DNA of 64,000 nt from Chrysomallon squamiferum. Its lineage: Eukaryota; Animalia; Mollusca. The stretch spans positions 8,804,001-8,868,000 of the forward strand of contig CM022671.1 in NCBI GenBank assembly GCA_012295275.1, written 5' to 3'. The position numbers and the translations under genes are program-made. The notes beneath the pieces are model-generated. The model did no database searches and was not told the DNA's origin. It worked only from the letters and a program-made list of their open reading frames with translations. The stretch's first letter is position 1. Each line of letters opens with the position of its first letter. Shown one piece after another: positions 40,722 to 54,884 of this stretch.

Positions 40722-41869
40722 TTAAATTAAATTAAAAAAACAGAACGAACTACTAAAAAAACATTTAAAAGAAGATAAAACGAAGACTAACCAGTTTTCT
40801 AGATGAAGTTCTTTCACTGACTGCATTCAGTCTAACAGTTCCATTAGGCTTTTTATTTCATTTTTTAGTTTCTAATTAGTGATGAGAAAAACAACAGGAT
40901 GCAATATTCTCGTTTTTATTTCTCTCAGGTGTTCGATTGCTCCTGTCAAATACTCCTGTTAAAATGATATGAGTGAACCTGGCTACTAGAAACAAATTAA
41001 AGAAATCTCATGGACAGATCTAATAAAGAATAGTAATTATCAGTGACAGAGATGTATACGTCTTGACAATTATACCTGTATCACTTTACACATGTTATTT
41101 TCACTGACAAATTCAGCCTAGAGTGTTTTTTTCTTTTTTTAAAAATAAATATATTCTTGAATGGACGAACATTTTAAAAAATTATTTTTATTACAAATAT
41201 GTTTTTAGCTGGAAACAAGTTTTAATTTTATAATTATTATTATTATTAATTATTTTTCTTTTCTTTTCTTTTCTTATTTTTTTTTAATGTGAAATCTTTT
41301 TAAATACTTTTTCTTACAAATATGTTTTAACTATTGACTAGCAATTTGGTTTTTGTTCATTTTTTGATATTATCTTTTTCTTAAAAATGTCTTTCATTAC
41401 AAATGTGTTTCCATGACTCATATGACAAATTATTATTTTCTTTCCTAAGATGACATTTTCCTGCATGGTTTTCATTACAGATGTCTTTTAGATCTAAGAA
41501 AATTAATGCATTTTTAAATGTTTTTCTTGTGTAGGTTTTCATTACAAATGCATTTTCACCTGCTTTGTGGCTTTCTACATAAAAACTAAATAATCTCAGT
41601 AATACTATATCAAATAAATAATACTTTATGATTTCATTTCTATATTTATATTTATTGATTTATGTACTTATTCATTTATTTATTTATTTATTTATTTATT
41701 TGTATTTATTTTTTATTATTATATATTTTTTCTTTCTCAAATACTTTGGAAGTTTTGGTTTAGATTTTGATCAGTAAACATTTCATTGAAAGTCTGAGGA
41801 ATTTAAAATTATATGAATGAATAACATTTTGTTCTGAATAATTTATCTTTTTTTTAAACTGGACCCTTG

Positions 41870-42740
41870 TAAAATGTAGAACTGTCAGCTTTTATAGATT
41901 TCAGAACAACTTGCCTTCATATGAAAGCTATGTAAATTTTTAGTATGTACAAAGAATTCACATAGTTTTTTTAAACACTAAAATCTCTACCTTTATATAT
42001 AGATACTGAAATTCATCTTTACAGAGCAGAACCCAGTCATAACAGTCAGTAGAAAACCAAAGCTTAGAGACACTGAAATTCATAATTGTTATAAATAGCA
42101 GAAAATCAAGCCTTTATAGAAAGTAGAACATCAAGCCTTTAGAAACACATTGAAACACCATGCATTTAAAAACATTAGAACAGTGAGCCTTTATAGAAAG
42201 TAGAACATCAAGCCTTTAGAAACACATATTGAAACACCATGCATTTAAAAACATTAGAACAGTGAGCCTTTATAGAAAGTAGAACATCAAGCCTTTAGAA
42301 ACACATATTGAAACACCATGCATTTAAAAACATTAGAACAGTGAGCCTTTATAGAAAGTAGAACATCAAGCCTTTAGAAACACATTGAAACACCATGCAT
42401 TTAAACATTAGAAATCTGAGCCTTTATAGACAATTGAACATGAAACCTTTACAGACAGTAAAATAAACCTCTACAGATCTGGAATCAAGTCTCATAGACA
42501 GGCAGTAAGATACAAGTGTATGTAGACAGACATACAGACAGACAGATATTGGAACACTAATCCTTATAAGTTATAGATAATATAACACACAGCCTTTAAA
42601 AGGATTGGAATACTAAGCTTTTATGATCAATAGAATGTCAAGCCTCTTTAGTCTGTAGAACACAAAGCTTTCATAAGATAAAATATTTACTCTCTCTAGA
42701 TACTGAAACTCTTAGTTGTTATGAACATTAGAACTCTTTA
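41870..42740. repeat. About 25-bp monomer minisatellite containing four near-identical 75-79 bp higher-order units (42109-42420)
   Basis: agcctttataga recurs at 42109, 42186, 42265, 42344 and 42419; flanks show diverged tagaac..caagcttt monomers. Confidence 0.9.
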
Positions 42741-43312
42741 AAGGATTTTTTTTTAAAGATATCTGGATTTTAAAATGTTTAGCTTTAAGAGAATTTACAA
42801 ATTTCGAAAACTGTCAACAAAAAAGTGTTTTCTGGTGCTTCTTAAATGCACTTGAACTGGTGTGTATGAATTATGTGTTCTAGAATAACGGGGATCATTA
42901 CTGACAATAATTGCTATTTATTTTTTTACTTACAATTCCAAGATGCCTCAGGTCTTTCATGCCTTAACCTATAATAAACAGAACTTTCACTTTTTGAAAA
43001 TGAAGATGTTAATTTTTATTTTATTTAATTTTTTATTATTCAGAAAATAAATTTTTTGACTGCTGTTTATAAAGTATAGTTAAAACAGAATGATATTTGA
43101 TGTAAAAGGACATTATAGTTTTGTGCTGTTTTTCTTTCACTGGAAAGAATTATGTTATTTGTTACCTATTAAAGTTTGAAATATATACATATATATATTT
43201 TAACTTTTATTTGCTGACATTTGGACAAGTAGACTGTTTACCATTCCAGTCTATTGTACAGACCAACGGCCAGAGTATATTTTAAATTGTTTATTTGTGT
43301 GTGTGTTTACCA

Positions 43313-43530
43313 GAGGAAGGAAGAATGTGTTTTATTTAATGACACTTTCAAAACATTTTATACTCAGAAATCTGATGTTATACCACAGGTTATTCTTTTT
43401 AATTAGCATAAAGATATCTTTTGTATGAACCTTCCCACAGACAGGGGAGTTCACATCATAGGCTGTTGCAGCACATATGGCTGCAATGACAAATAGTTAA
43501 ATAGGCCCACTTACAAGGTCTGTTCAGTGT
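43313..43530 (-). mobile_element. Decayed SINE-like repeat, family A
   Basis: gaaggaagaatgtgttttatttaatgacac, attagcataaagatatctttt, ccttcccacagacagg, taggcccac. Confidence 0.6.
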
Positions 43531-46099
43531 TGGAAAATGAGTATAAAATTGGCATTCTGACACATTAAAAGCCCACAGTGATGAAGTAGTGAACTCAAAG
43601 TTTGTAACAGGCTTTACTTTCTGTGCTATTGATTAATTTCAGACTTACTCCTGTGTTCACCGAGACACAATAGAGACTTTGCTTTACTCTCTCAGCTCAC
43701 CAAGAAGTAAGAATAATTTGTGACACGGGATGTTCATTTTTCATGGTCTTAATTTCATTTGGAGCTCGGAGTGTTTCTATTGTACTTTCCCTGTTGCCAT
43801 CCATTCTGCATAGCTGGATAAGATTAATGGCTGTGACCACTCTGCTACTTAAGAGTGTTCTCCCCTGAGAGTGGAGCTGTTTCCCCAGACAAAGTTTTAT
43901 GCGTTGTGTCAGGTTCTATTTGTTTTCCAACCAGTGATCCTAACCATGTGTCAATGAAATTGCCTTCCACCAAATTAATGTGGCATGTAACCCAATCTTT
44001 TGAAACTACGTGACATTTGTAGATTTTATCTAAAACATACTTCATATATTCTCTTTGAAACACAAAACCAAAAAAGATTAAAACTAGCAAACAATGGCAG
44101 TGAAATGAAATAAAATTTTATAAAAAAAAAAAAAAAAAAAGTTCTGTTGGAAATCAGTAAATAAAATATGTTAAATGTTTTTAAAATATAGATGATGCCA
44201 GAAAAGCTTAAAATTCTTCATGCTAGTCTCTTTCTGTCTACAGTCTACTTTGCAAGTTGACTCCAACCCTGGTGTAACTTCCATTACTTTTGAGTTGTGC
44301 TCAGTTTAGTTTTCTTACTCATGTCCATGTCAGATATATCATTGTTATAAAGAATATTTTGTATCGTGTCCTCAACAGATTTCACTGTATGCTATTTCTG
44401 GTTTTATTAAAAAAAATTGAATTATATGTCTTTTAATGTTTTTATATGGCTTTGTTTCATGAGATTTTCACCAGTTTTGTTTAAAAAGAAAAAGTTATAG
44501 AACTTTATTATTATTTATTTAAATTTGTTACAGACTTGATGGAGAACTCATGTGATGCAATTCATCATGGGAATATTCCCAGAAAAGAAAGAAACATACC
44601 ATTTAGAATGACATTCTCACACAAGCTACTGGTTATATCAGTTTATTGAATACAAGATAGGAACTGTTTGGTTCTTGTACTGTTCCATTTATCTTCTTCA
44701 GCACTTTTACTGACTGGTAGAAGAAACACAATAGTGACTTCATCTGTATCTGCAATGAGGTCATTACCAGACACAATACTTTCATTTGTAACAGAATCTC
44801 TGTTACATCAAATTATATTTTTGTCAGTCCAGTATAATGTCTGGGTATTATCTACTTCTCTATATTTATTTATTTATTTTTATATAAATGGTGATATTCT
44901 TCTCAGTGATAATAAATCAAGATAATGATGTTTTATAATTGGTTCAAAAACAAAAAAACCTGTTTCTACAAATTAACAATTACTTGTACACTTTTCACAC
45001 AACAGAAGAGTTCTTCATGAACCTGACACAGCATTGTTTAAAAAAATAATTATCACTACATTACCTTTCACACACACTGACAAAACAAATACCTTTCTGT
45101 TACCTACTACACACTTCACCTTTTCCTTTCATCTAGTAACACTTTCATCCATCATTAACTTTTCTTATTCCTCACAATCAGTCTTACACAAAGCCTTCTT
45201 CACAGTAATAGACTTATTTGGTCTTAGCATTACTGGTATTCATCCACAGTTAACACACATTCTTGTCTCATATACATTTGTATGTGGCTACATAATGTGT
45301 GATACAGATTTCCTTGACCTCTTTATATTGATTATATGAACCAGGTAATGAGTATTCAAATAATGTGTGTGACTGTTAGTACTGAATTTAAATAAATGTA
45401 TTTATTTATTTATTTATTTATTTATTGTTCTTAGTGTAAAATTAATTAATTGGTTGGAAGGGGAGGGGATCTCTTGTGATTTGTTAACACTCCTGCTTGG
45501 AAAAACAATGGTATGTACTGTCATGATTATTTGTAAGAAATAAGTATTCAGTAAACATATTTTTATAATGACATTTTCTGTTCTGATCTCTTAGCTTTTA
45601 TTATTTTAATTTTGATTTTATCAAGATGGTATTAAGCACATCTAATTATAAATACATATACACATCATTATATACATTCTCTACTGTTATTAGTTTTTTT
45701 TATTAAATGAGAGAAAAACATTCATGAATCAGTGTTATCTTTAATTTTGTCAGTTTGTCTGTCAGTCTGAATGTTTACCAGTGAATCACATCTGTAACCA
45801 GAGAGATGTAATTATGGTAATTTGACCTTCACCTTGGATTTCTCTAACACCATATTGCCTCACCTGCTGTATAATCTTCATTAGACTTACCTTTAATTAT
45901 TATCATCACCTGCGTATTCTCACCTGTATTCTTTCTTATACACTAATTAGTATCTAATCTGAGGTTGATGGATCTTGGCTTATCCCTGCTTTACACGTTT
46001 TATCTTTAATGAAATGTCAGAGTAAATGAAATACATGATAATACGAATATTAAAAGAAAAGAACTGTTAAAATGGATGGAGACAAGTTAGTAAAATGTT

Positions 46100-46133
<34 letters not shown>

Positions 46134-47554
46134 TCTACCTACACACAAACTTTGTTCACCTTTTATTATTATTATTGTTGTTGTTGTTGCCGTTGTTATC
46201 ATTATTTTTTTTTCATATATTTATACCTGTTTACCTGTAATTCCCAGCCCCCTCAGATTTCTAAAATTAGAAGTTGTATAAAAATAAGCCTTAGTACAAG
46301 TTTTTATTAATTAGTCAGTGAAAGATGTTCAGGTAACATTATAATAGGCTGTCAAGTAACACAGAATAGCAGCAACGTTACATTTATTCTGAGATTAATC
46401 AAAATGTTATCCATGTAAATCTTCTTCAAGATTTACCCACTTATCCTTGTTTTGAAAATATCCTCGGCAATGAAGAACTTTTGTTAATGACTACAGGAAT
46501 ATTTTGTATGTCTGAAGACATCTTTTAGATATATTAAAACTGTATTGTGTGGCCTTGGGTGGCACAAGTCCCAGTTGTTTGTTTTGTAATGGCTTTTAAT
46601 GGGTTACTAAAATTTTCTTTAGAAAGTGAGTTTAATTAAAACAGAAGCAGGAGAAGAAAGACTTATGTCATCTATAAATTACAAAGCAGAGAATTAAAAA
46701 AGATGTTTTATTTATAAGTTGACTAGAATTTTTGATTAAACTTTGAGAAAATCACAAAAGAAAGAATATTTATGAATAGATTAAAATTCATTGTCATGCA
46801 TATAAAGTTACACTATGAGAACATAATTCCCTTGGAACTATCATGCTATGTGCACATATATATATATATTTTAACTATTTTGTTTCTTGAATGGTGTTGA
46901 ATTAAAAATATTGAAAAATTGGTAAGACAATAAAAAATACTTAATATACTGACATTTTTTTTTTTACATACATCTCTCTATACAACAGTATATTTTATCA
47001 CGTATGTTATTAAATAGAACATTAATGACAATAATTTTTGTTTACTTAATTATTTCGTATCAGCCATCAGTATAATGCAGTAACAGATAGATTACATAAC
47101 ACATCGAGTGGGTGTCGGTGCAGACTGCAGCACAAAGCTACGATTACTAAATATGACTGCGAAATCCTCCCACCACTGCCAAACTGCATATAAAACAAAG
47201 ATTTATTTTTTAAATGTGCGCTGAAAGTAATTACTGCTATTCCATTTGGAGCCATTATATCAGTATCTCTGTCTGTCTGTCTGCAATCATGTAGGTTTTA
47301 CGAGTCACAATTATGAGACTGCTGCTGTTTCATCTTAACTCTAGATTTGTTTTTCATGATATTTCTCTGTTTTGATCCCACTTTTTTTCACATCATGACT
47401 TCTCTGTCTGCATTAAAGAGAAAGAAAGATTGTAATTATTTGATGGTTGAGTGGAAATATCAGTTTATTTGAGTGTGTAAGTTTTATTGATGTTTGTTTT
47501 CAACTTTAGAAGTGAGTGGTGGGTGTTACATGTCATGTTATAAAATGAGATATT

Positions 47555-47732
<178 letters not shown>

Positions 47733-47790
47733 GCAGAGTCTGATCAGACACACACATGACAGAGAATATTCAAAATCCAAAACTACATAC
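47733..47790 (+). mobile_element. Truncated 3' end of the same SINE family
   Basis: gcagagtctgatcagaca...gacagagaatattcaaaatccaaaactacatac closely repeats 48037-48092. Confidence 0.7.
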
Positions 47791-47839
47791 TTGCCAGTGC
47801 CAAGTTTCCCAGCAAAAATGACGAAAGACAAAAAGAATG

Positions 47840-48092
47840 ATGTGCTTTGGGGGAAGTGATGATTACCTTCAGTTACTGAGCAACCTTTTTTAAGGTTGTC
47901 TGGATGGCTGAAAGGTAATGTTGTCTGCCTTCGGAGTGCAGGCAAATGGGTGCCACACATTTGAGTCTTGTCAGTGGTATCTGACAGGGTTTGTGAGGTC
48001 ATCCTGCACCAGTGTGTTCCTGAATATTGTCTGTGTGCAGTCTGATCAGACATACATAAGACAGAGAATATTCAAAATCCTAAAATACATAC
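47840..48092 (+). mobile_element. tRNA-derived SINE-like element (tRNA-Arg(TCG)-like head) with (TACA)n tail
   Basis: A-box-like TGGCTGAAAGG at 47905, anticodon-arm-like TCTGC-CTTCGGA, decayed B-box TTTGAGTC, then a body ending GAATATTCAAAATCCTAAAA and TACA repeats. A homologous inverted copy lies at 54541-54760. Confidence 0.65.
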
Positions 48093-48132
48093 ATACAAAC
48101 ATACAAAAACACATATACATAGATACAAATAC

Positions 48133-48179
<47 letters not shown>

Positions 48180-49464
48180 TATACTTAAACATATGCATGA
48201 TTCATATATGAATTTATTTATGCATACCTATATATATATACATACATAGTTATCTATGTACCTATGTATAAAGATGAGTATAAATGTATGTACATAAATA
48301 TATATACATGTACTAGATTGATGTGTTATCTGATTAACATTGTGAAAACTGTTTCATCTTACTCATTGTCATCATCATCATCATCATCACCATCACCAGC
48401 AGCAGCAGTAGAAACAATGCCAACATGACTTTAACATCGTCATCATAATTTTCTTTTTCTATTCTTACTACTTTCACTATTTTCATATTATTTTTTCTTC
48501 TTCTTATTGCTATTGTTGTTGTTATTAAATTCTTCTTCTAATTTTTACACCTACTACTGTTATTATTAATTATTCTTACTAGTATTTTACAGTTATTACT
48601 ACAACTATTACTATCACTAGTACTATTATTATTATCTCTATTATTATCGTTGTTATTGTTATTGACAGATGTATATTGATTTTTAAAATACAAGCTTTTA
48701 ACAACCATTAATCTCAAAAACGTCCATCAGAAATACATGTTTATGTCTGAGTCATAGGAAATTAAGAGGAAATTATATATTTGTCAATTTTCTGCTGGAG
48801 GCATTTGGCAAAAAGAAAGAGAAAGATGTATCATTTCACAGTCAAGTACTGAAGAACAGAAACATTAATTTAACTGAGCATGGCAATATATTTGCATATT
48901 TATATAGACTATAAAGTGAATCATAATATATTTCCTTTTATTTTATTTATTTATTTATTTTATTTAGTTTTTTTATTATTATTATTTTTTTTAATTTGTA
49001 TGGCTTTTCATTATCTGTTGTTCTTTTTAGCAGAGAATTTGCAAACAATTTATTATTTAAAAGTGATAAGGAACTGATATAATTGTTAGTTCACAATAAA
49101 AAAAGAAAAAAAAAAAAAGAAGGTTAATGATAGTTCATGCACAAATATTATCTTTCAAACTATTTCAGAAGTTGAATGTGAATTTTGGATAGAAATTAAT
49201 TCATATTTATTTTTAAGTTGAAGATTTTTTAAAACAGAAATTAATAAACATTTTTGTCAGTAAATGATAGCATCAGTATATCTGAATTAAATTCCAGAAC
49301 ATATATGACAGCACTTACCAAAATGTTAACAGTACAGGAAAAAGAAAAAAGTTCATTTCATCTATAAATGATATCAGCACCAAGTTACCCACCCTGTTTG
49401 TGAAATCCTGGCTGTGTCTGAATAAATCTGTTTTTACTTTTTAGAAATAAATTCCAGAACCTTT

Positions 49465-49920
49465 GTATACAAAAACTGAAATATAGGTTTTTGACTAAAC
49501 CAGTAAATTCCTTTTACCAACATTTTTGAATAAAAAACCCCAACAAAACAAAACAAAAAATATCCCTGAAAGTATAGGTTTTTGGCTAAAACTGTATATT
49601 ATATATATTGTTTTTTTAACATTATAAAATTATAAACTCCTTATATCCCAAATTTGTGACTATAAAAAACTGAAGACATATGTTTTTGATTAAAACAAAA
49701 AATTCCTTTTACCAAAATTTTATAAAACAAAATTTTATAAAACCCTGAAAGTATAGACTATTGACTAAAACAATATACATATACATACTTAGGAATTTAT
49801 GAATATAAAAAGCAGAAGGTGTAGATTTTTTATTAAGACTAAAAATTCCTTTTTACCAAAATTTTTAGATACAAAAAAAGTGAAAGTACCTAGGCTTTTG
49901 ACTAAAACACAAATTCCGGT
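49465..49920. repeat. Diverged tandem repeat, about 70-90 bp
   Basis: ctgaaagtataggtttttgactaaaac...aattccttttaccaa recurs. Confidence 0.8.
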
Positions 49921-51562
49921 ATTCATTTCATCAATTATTTAATAACTCTATGGGAAAGTAACAAAACAAGGCTGCCAGTGGTAATATGTGATAATGTTTG
50001 CCAGACACGCCACTGTTTGATTTGCTCATCGCAGAACTGCTTGACAACCCATCCACCATGGGACATGACATGCATGTAATTTGGCGATGAGCTCGAGAAC
50101 AGTGCGAAAGATAATGGTTGTGTCTCAAGATGGGTAATCAGCATGTATTAATAATATCACACTCGCAGAAGCATTTCACACAGAAATATCAGCCTTCGGA
50201 ATCAAATTTAAGCTCGGAGGTATAATACATGTGCATGAGTTTCTGTAATAAGGGCCAGCATTAACAATCAAGTCACAGCACTGTGGTGTTTAGTTCTGAT
50301 CAGTCTTACACAGGGATATTCTGGATCATGTTGTCATTTGAAATAGGATGGCAGGATTAAAATCCCTGTTGTTGTTTATTAATTTGAATTGAAAAACTGT
50401 ACTGCTACATTCAAATGAAAAACCCAGTTTTAAAGTTTCAGCTGCTGCATTTGAATCAAAATTCCAATAAGTATATCTGAATGAAAATCACAAAAACTTC
50501 ATTTAAAATGAAATCATATCTTTTGAATTAAATCCCACTTGTTCCATTTAAAATGAAAACTGTCATTAAGTTTAATTTAAAAGACTCTGATTTTATCTGT
50601 TTTAATAACATGAACCAAAATATCAGCTGTTATTAAATTTTGCAAAAATCTCAGTTGCTATTTAATTAAACCAGTCTTTTCACTGAATAAACTTTTGAAC
50701 TGTACTTTGACTTAGAATTCTCGAAATTACTCAAATTCTATTATTGTCTCTTATTGCTAAACAGATAGACTGAAATGATTGGAAATACACTAAAAACCAT
50801 TACAGATATCTATAGCATTTCTAAGTCTTGACAAACAAGATGCCAGGGATAACGTTGGTTAGCCTAGTTATAAAAATAAATTCAGGTGAACAAACGTAAG
50901 ATATGCAAATTGACCTGATTATCTAATAATACAACAGATTTACTGCTTTCTCCGCTCATATTTCTTCTGGTTATTGACATTCTGTCAAGATGAAAAGTCA
51001 TCAAAAATTTATGCTTAGACTGCAGTGATCTCATTTCAACATTTCAGTGAAATAATTCTGTGATAAGAAACATAATCAATACACAGACACACATACATAC
51101 ATACAAAGATAGAGAAATATATACATACATACATGTGTATATACACACACACATACATGCACATGTATATACACCCATATACATATGTGCACAAACATTA
51201 ATAAATACAAACGTATACATACATGCATACACACAAACATACACATAGCATATAATAATCTTCAAATTAACATGTATATTAAGTTGTATTTATCATAACA
51301 TAGCATATTAACCATGTTAGGTTTTATCATTTTTGAAAATTAGGTGTTTTTTTAATAATAATAACAATGAATGGAAGACTTTTTTTTTTCATTATTATTA
51401 TATTTGTGCCAGTAATAAATAAATTGTGAGCTGCATACCTTTCATTGCATGATACACAGAAAGTGATAGCTTCCAATTTTAGATTCATTTCCTCTGGGAT
51501 GGATTGTGGGATTGAATTGAAATGAATTTTTCTGTTAGATGTCCATGAATTTCTAACATGCT

Positions 51563-51965
51563 GAAGGAAGGTAGAAATGTTTTATTTACTGAGATACACA
51601 TTTTTAAAATCTATGTACATATATACATATATTCATACATACATTGTTACCCATACATATACATATACATACATTCATATACACACAGACACATATATAT
51701 ATTCACACACATACACACATTCACATGTAAACACATATATATACATTAACACACACAAACACACATACAGCCATACACTTGTACACGCATACCTAATATA
51801 CATAATTAGAGATGAAACCTAACATCATCATGCAGGAGTAAACTACTTTTTATGCACATTCCCATAGACAAAACATATGCCATAATATGTGATAAATCAG
51901 CAAAGGAACACTGGTTGGATTGGGAAATAACTCAGTGAGAGTACAAAGAAGGAATGATGCTACAG
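51563..51965 (-). mobile_element. Decayed SINE-like repeat, family A, interrupted by CA/TA microsatellite
   Basis: gaaggaaggtagaaatgttttattt, then about 190 nt of CA/TA repeat, then ttttatgcacattcccatagaca and cactggttggattgggaaata. Confidence 0.55.
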
Positions 51966-54419
51966 CTATGTATGTGTGTTCTTCATTTGTTTGGTTGGCT
52001 GTTATTTCAGTCAGGGCTCAAGGATGACTAATTGCATTCAAGATGGTTTGGAAATTGAGTTAAAGTTTTTGTGACCAAAATTTACAAATAGTGTATGACT
52101 GTGTTTACAAATTCTGTCTTATATTTGGGTTAATATAATCGTGTATGAGGGTGTATACATGTGTATGAACATATATGGGTGTGTTCATATGTATAGAGAG
52201 AAGATGAACCAGAAAATAATGTGATGTTAAAGATAATTTAGTTTATTTAGTTTGTTTGTCTATTTACAAGATCTTTAAAATGTGGATGAACAGAACAAGT
52301 GATTTGAATACAGAGGTAACAAACTGTATGGCCAAGTTTATAACATCACTGAATATAGCAGATGGTCTTCTATTGAATTACAAATTCAGTTAAAAGTCAA
52401 TAACTTTATGATGGACTGTAGAGTCTGAGTGAATGCAGTTGAAATACAAAACAAAATGAAGCAGCAATTCAGTTAAAGTGTGTGTGCCTATGTATATAAA
52501 CTGATTTGCACTTTTTAATGAATGACTTTGCAAATCGATAAAAATTCATGTAAATAACTCTAGCATTAAATAAATTCAGCAGGTAGTCTGATTTTAGAGG
52601 TAACTGAGTACAAAATAATTTAAAACTGTTATTACTGTAAGCTGAGATTTACATGCTTCTCAATTTTTAATCATTATGGAACATTTAAAGCTGAATTTAG
52701 TTCTTGTAATTCAAAACTTATTGATAGATTAGTGTTAATTGTTTAAAATACAAATTATTTCATCCATATCAAACAAATACTCAATTATTGATAACTGCTA
52801 TTTGAAAAGAAAGTATTTATTTTTATGAAACACTAAAAAGTGCTGAGGCCAGTTCTTGAAGAAATGGTATTAACAGTAAATGACAACTGACAAACAAAAA
52901 CACTTTCAGGATTAAAATATTCAGTGAGGTCTTTTTAATTTATTTTCATTTTTGTTTTAGTATCTATACACCTTAAAGATTTACACTGTTAGATAAATTC
53001 TCATGGTTTTACCACGCTTTTTTTTTTTTTTACATCAGTCAGTAACTTTTAATCATTTTTAACTGATGATCCTAGACTCCTACAATGATTCAGAGTCAGA
53101 TATAGCACCAGTTCAGTAAAGAACTGGAGTTGCCCTGTTTTAGCAGAGTTTTGTATTGATCATCAGCTGCTGAGTTCAGCAAACATTGGTACTGTCACCA
53201 TTCTGCTGATCTTTTCTAATTGCTTTTCTCCGATGGCTCAATGGTGACAGGAAACACTTTTTTGACAAGCTTTTCACTAGTCGAGTGATGTTTGCACGGC
53301 TCATTTGAGAATTGTAATCTTTAACAGCAGTTATATTGGCTTGGCTAAGATACTTCACTTAATTGTATTAGCAAGGAATAAATGGACTTTTTTTTCTTTT
53401 TCTGGCTGACCTTACTCTGTCTGGTGTGACATCTGACATATGTGGCTAAGAAAAGAAAACAGCATCATTCACATTTTCTGTTCTGTTCACAGGTGTATAA
53501 TAATAAAGAAGACAGAATGACATCATCCATGAATTGTTTTGTCAGCAGGGTTGTAAATGTACTGTCAAACTTTATCATTAGAAAAGATTGTAAGAAATGA
53601 AACATGACATGTATAATGAATTTGTCTATTTAAGATACTATGAAGGTTCATTTAATTACTGATAATTTTAGGCTAAAGGAACAACATTTTTATTTATATT
53701 TAAAACAGAAATCTCAGAGGTACAATAAATAATATTACATAAAATTGTTTCATACCAAAATATATAAGGTAATGTATAAGTAATGAATTTTAATTTTCAT
53801 ACTAAATAACTGATCGAAATAACAGCTTTTTTTTTCACCTTCCTCTATAAAGAGTAGCACATATATACTAGCATTTTACACTCCATTATTATAATATCTA
53901 TATTATTAGCAAACTTTTAGTTTTTTTAATAATTCAATTTATTCTTCTTATAGAATAGCTGATTATTACACACTACATGTTTTGATATATTGAATTCAAT
54001 TATATCCATATTTAATACAATTACCTTGATATCTGAATTACTAATAAATGGTCCTTTTTTTTAATCTAATTAATTCCACTATTAAATAATTGACTGAAAC
54101 ACCTAGCATGTTGTGAAATATTTGGAACAGCATACACCTGATTGCTACGAGGTAACTATCAATAATGCATGATGGGAAATGTAATTAATTTGATCACTGA
54201 CTTCTGGAGGTGGGTTTTTGGTGGGAGGAACAGATGTTGTGGGAACACTGTGGAGAAGCTGCAAGTTGCTGATGAATTATGTATTACCGGTTTTCCTCTT
54301 TGGGAGTTCTCCAGTTGTCAAGTCATTCACAGGCTGTGAGAAAAGTCAGCTCAGAATACAGAGAGCTGGTCAGTTAATCTTCCTGTAACTGTTTTGTTAA
54401 TACAGCTTAATTTGTACTG

Positions 54420-54486
54420 TTCATGTATGTATGTATGTATGTATATGTGTATATTGTGTGAGTGTGTGTGTGTATATGTGTGTACA

Positions 54487-54523
<37 letters not shown>

Positions 54524-54540
54524 ATGTATGTATGTATGTG
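54420..54540. repeat. (TATG)/(TG)n microsatellite (tail of minus-strand SINE)
   Basis: Direct reading. Confidence 0.9.
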
Positions 54541-54760
54541 GTTTAGGATTTTGAATATGCTGTGTCTGATTAGACTCATAGACAATATTCAGAATGCTCT
54601 GGAACAGGAGGACAAAGTCCAATCATGACCTCACAAACCCTGTCTGATGCCACTACTGAGACTTGAACATATGTCACCCATTTGGCCATCAAGACAACTT
54701 CATAAAAAGTTGCTCAATAACCTAGGATAATCATAGCTTCCCATGAAGCCATGATTACCA
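54541..54760 (-). mobile_element. Inverted, diverged copy of the tRNA-derived SINE
   Basis: Reverse complement shares gggaag..atgatta..tgagcaac, gttgtct.gatggc, caaatgggtg, gacagggtttgtgaggtcat, ctgaatattgtct and atattcaaaatcctaaa with 47840-48092. B-box GTTCAAGTC is present; flanked by (TATG)n. Confidence 0.75.
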
Positions 54761-54884
54761 TGTATGTATGTATGTATGTATGTATGTATGTCTGAGTGTG
54801 AGTATGTGTTTGTATGTATGTATATGTTTGTATGTTTTTATGTGTGTGTTTGAATGTATGTATATCATTATAGGTGTGTGTGTG

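Noticed and set aside
40905-40975. Strong acceptor tttttatttctctcAG at 40928
   Set aside because: All three frames stop within about 45 nt and no good donor follows.
47895-47980. Functional tRNA gene
   Set aside because: Stems and B-box are degenerate and it is embedded in a repeated element; treated as a SINE head.
48330-48356. Partial likeness to bantam miRNA (CATTGTGAAAACTG)
   Set aside because: Seed region mismatched and no convincing precursor hairpin.
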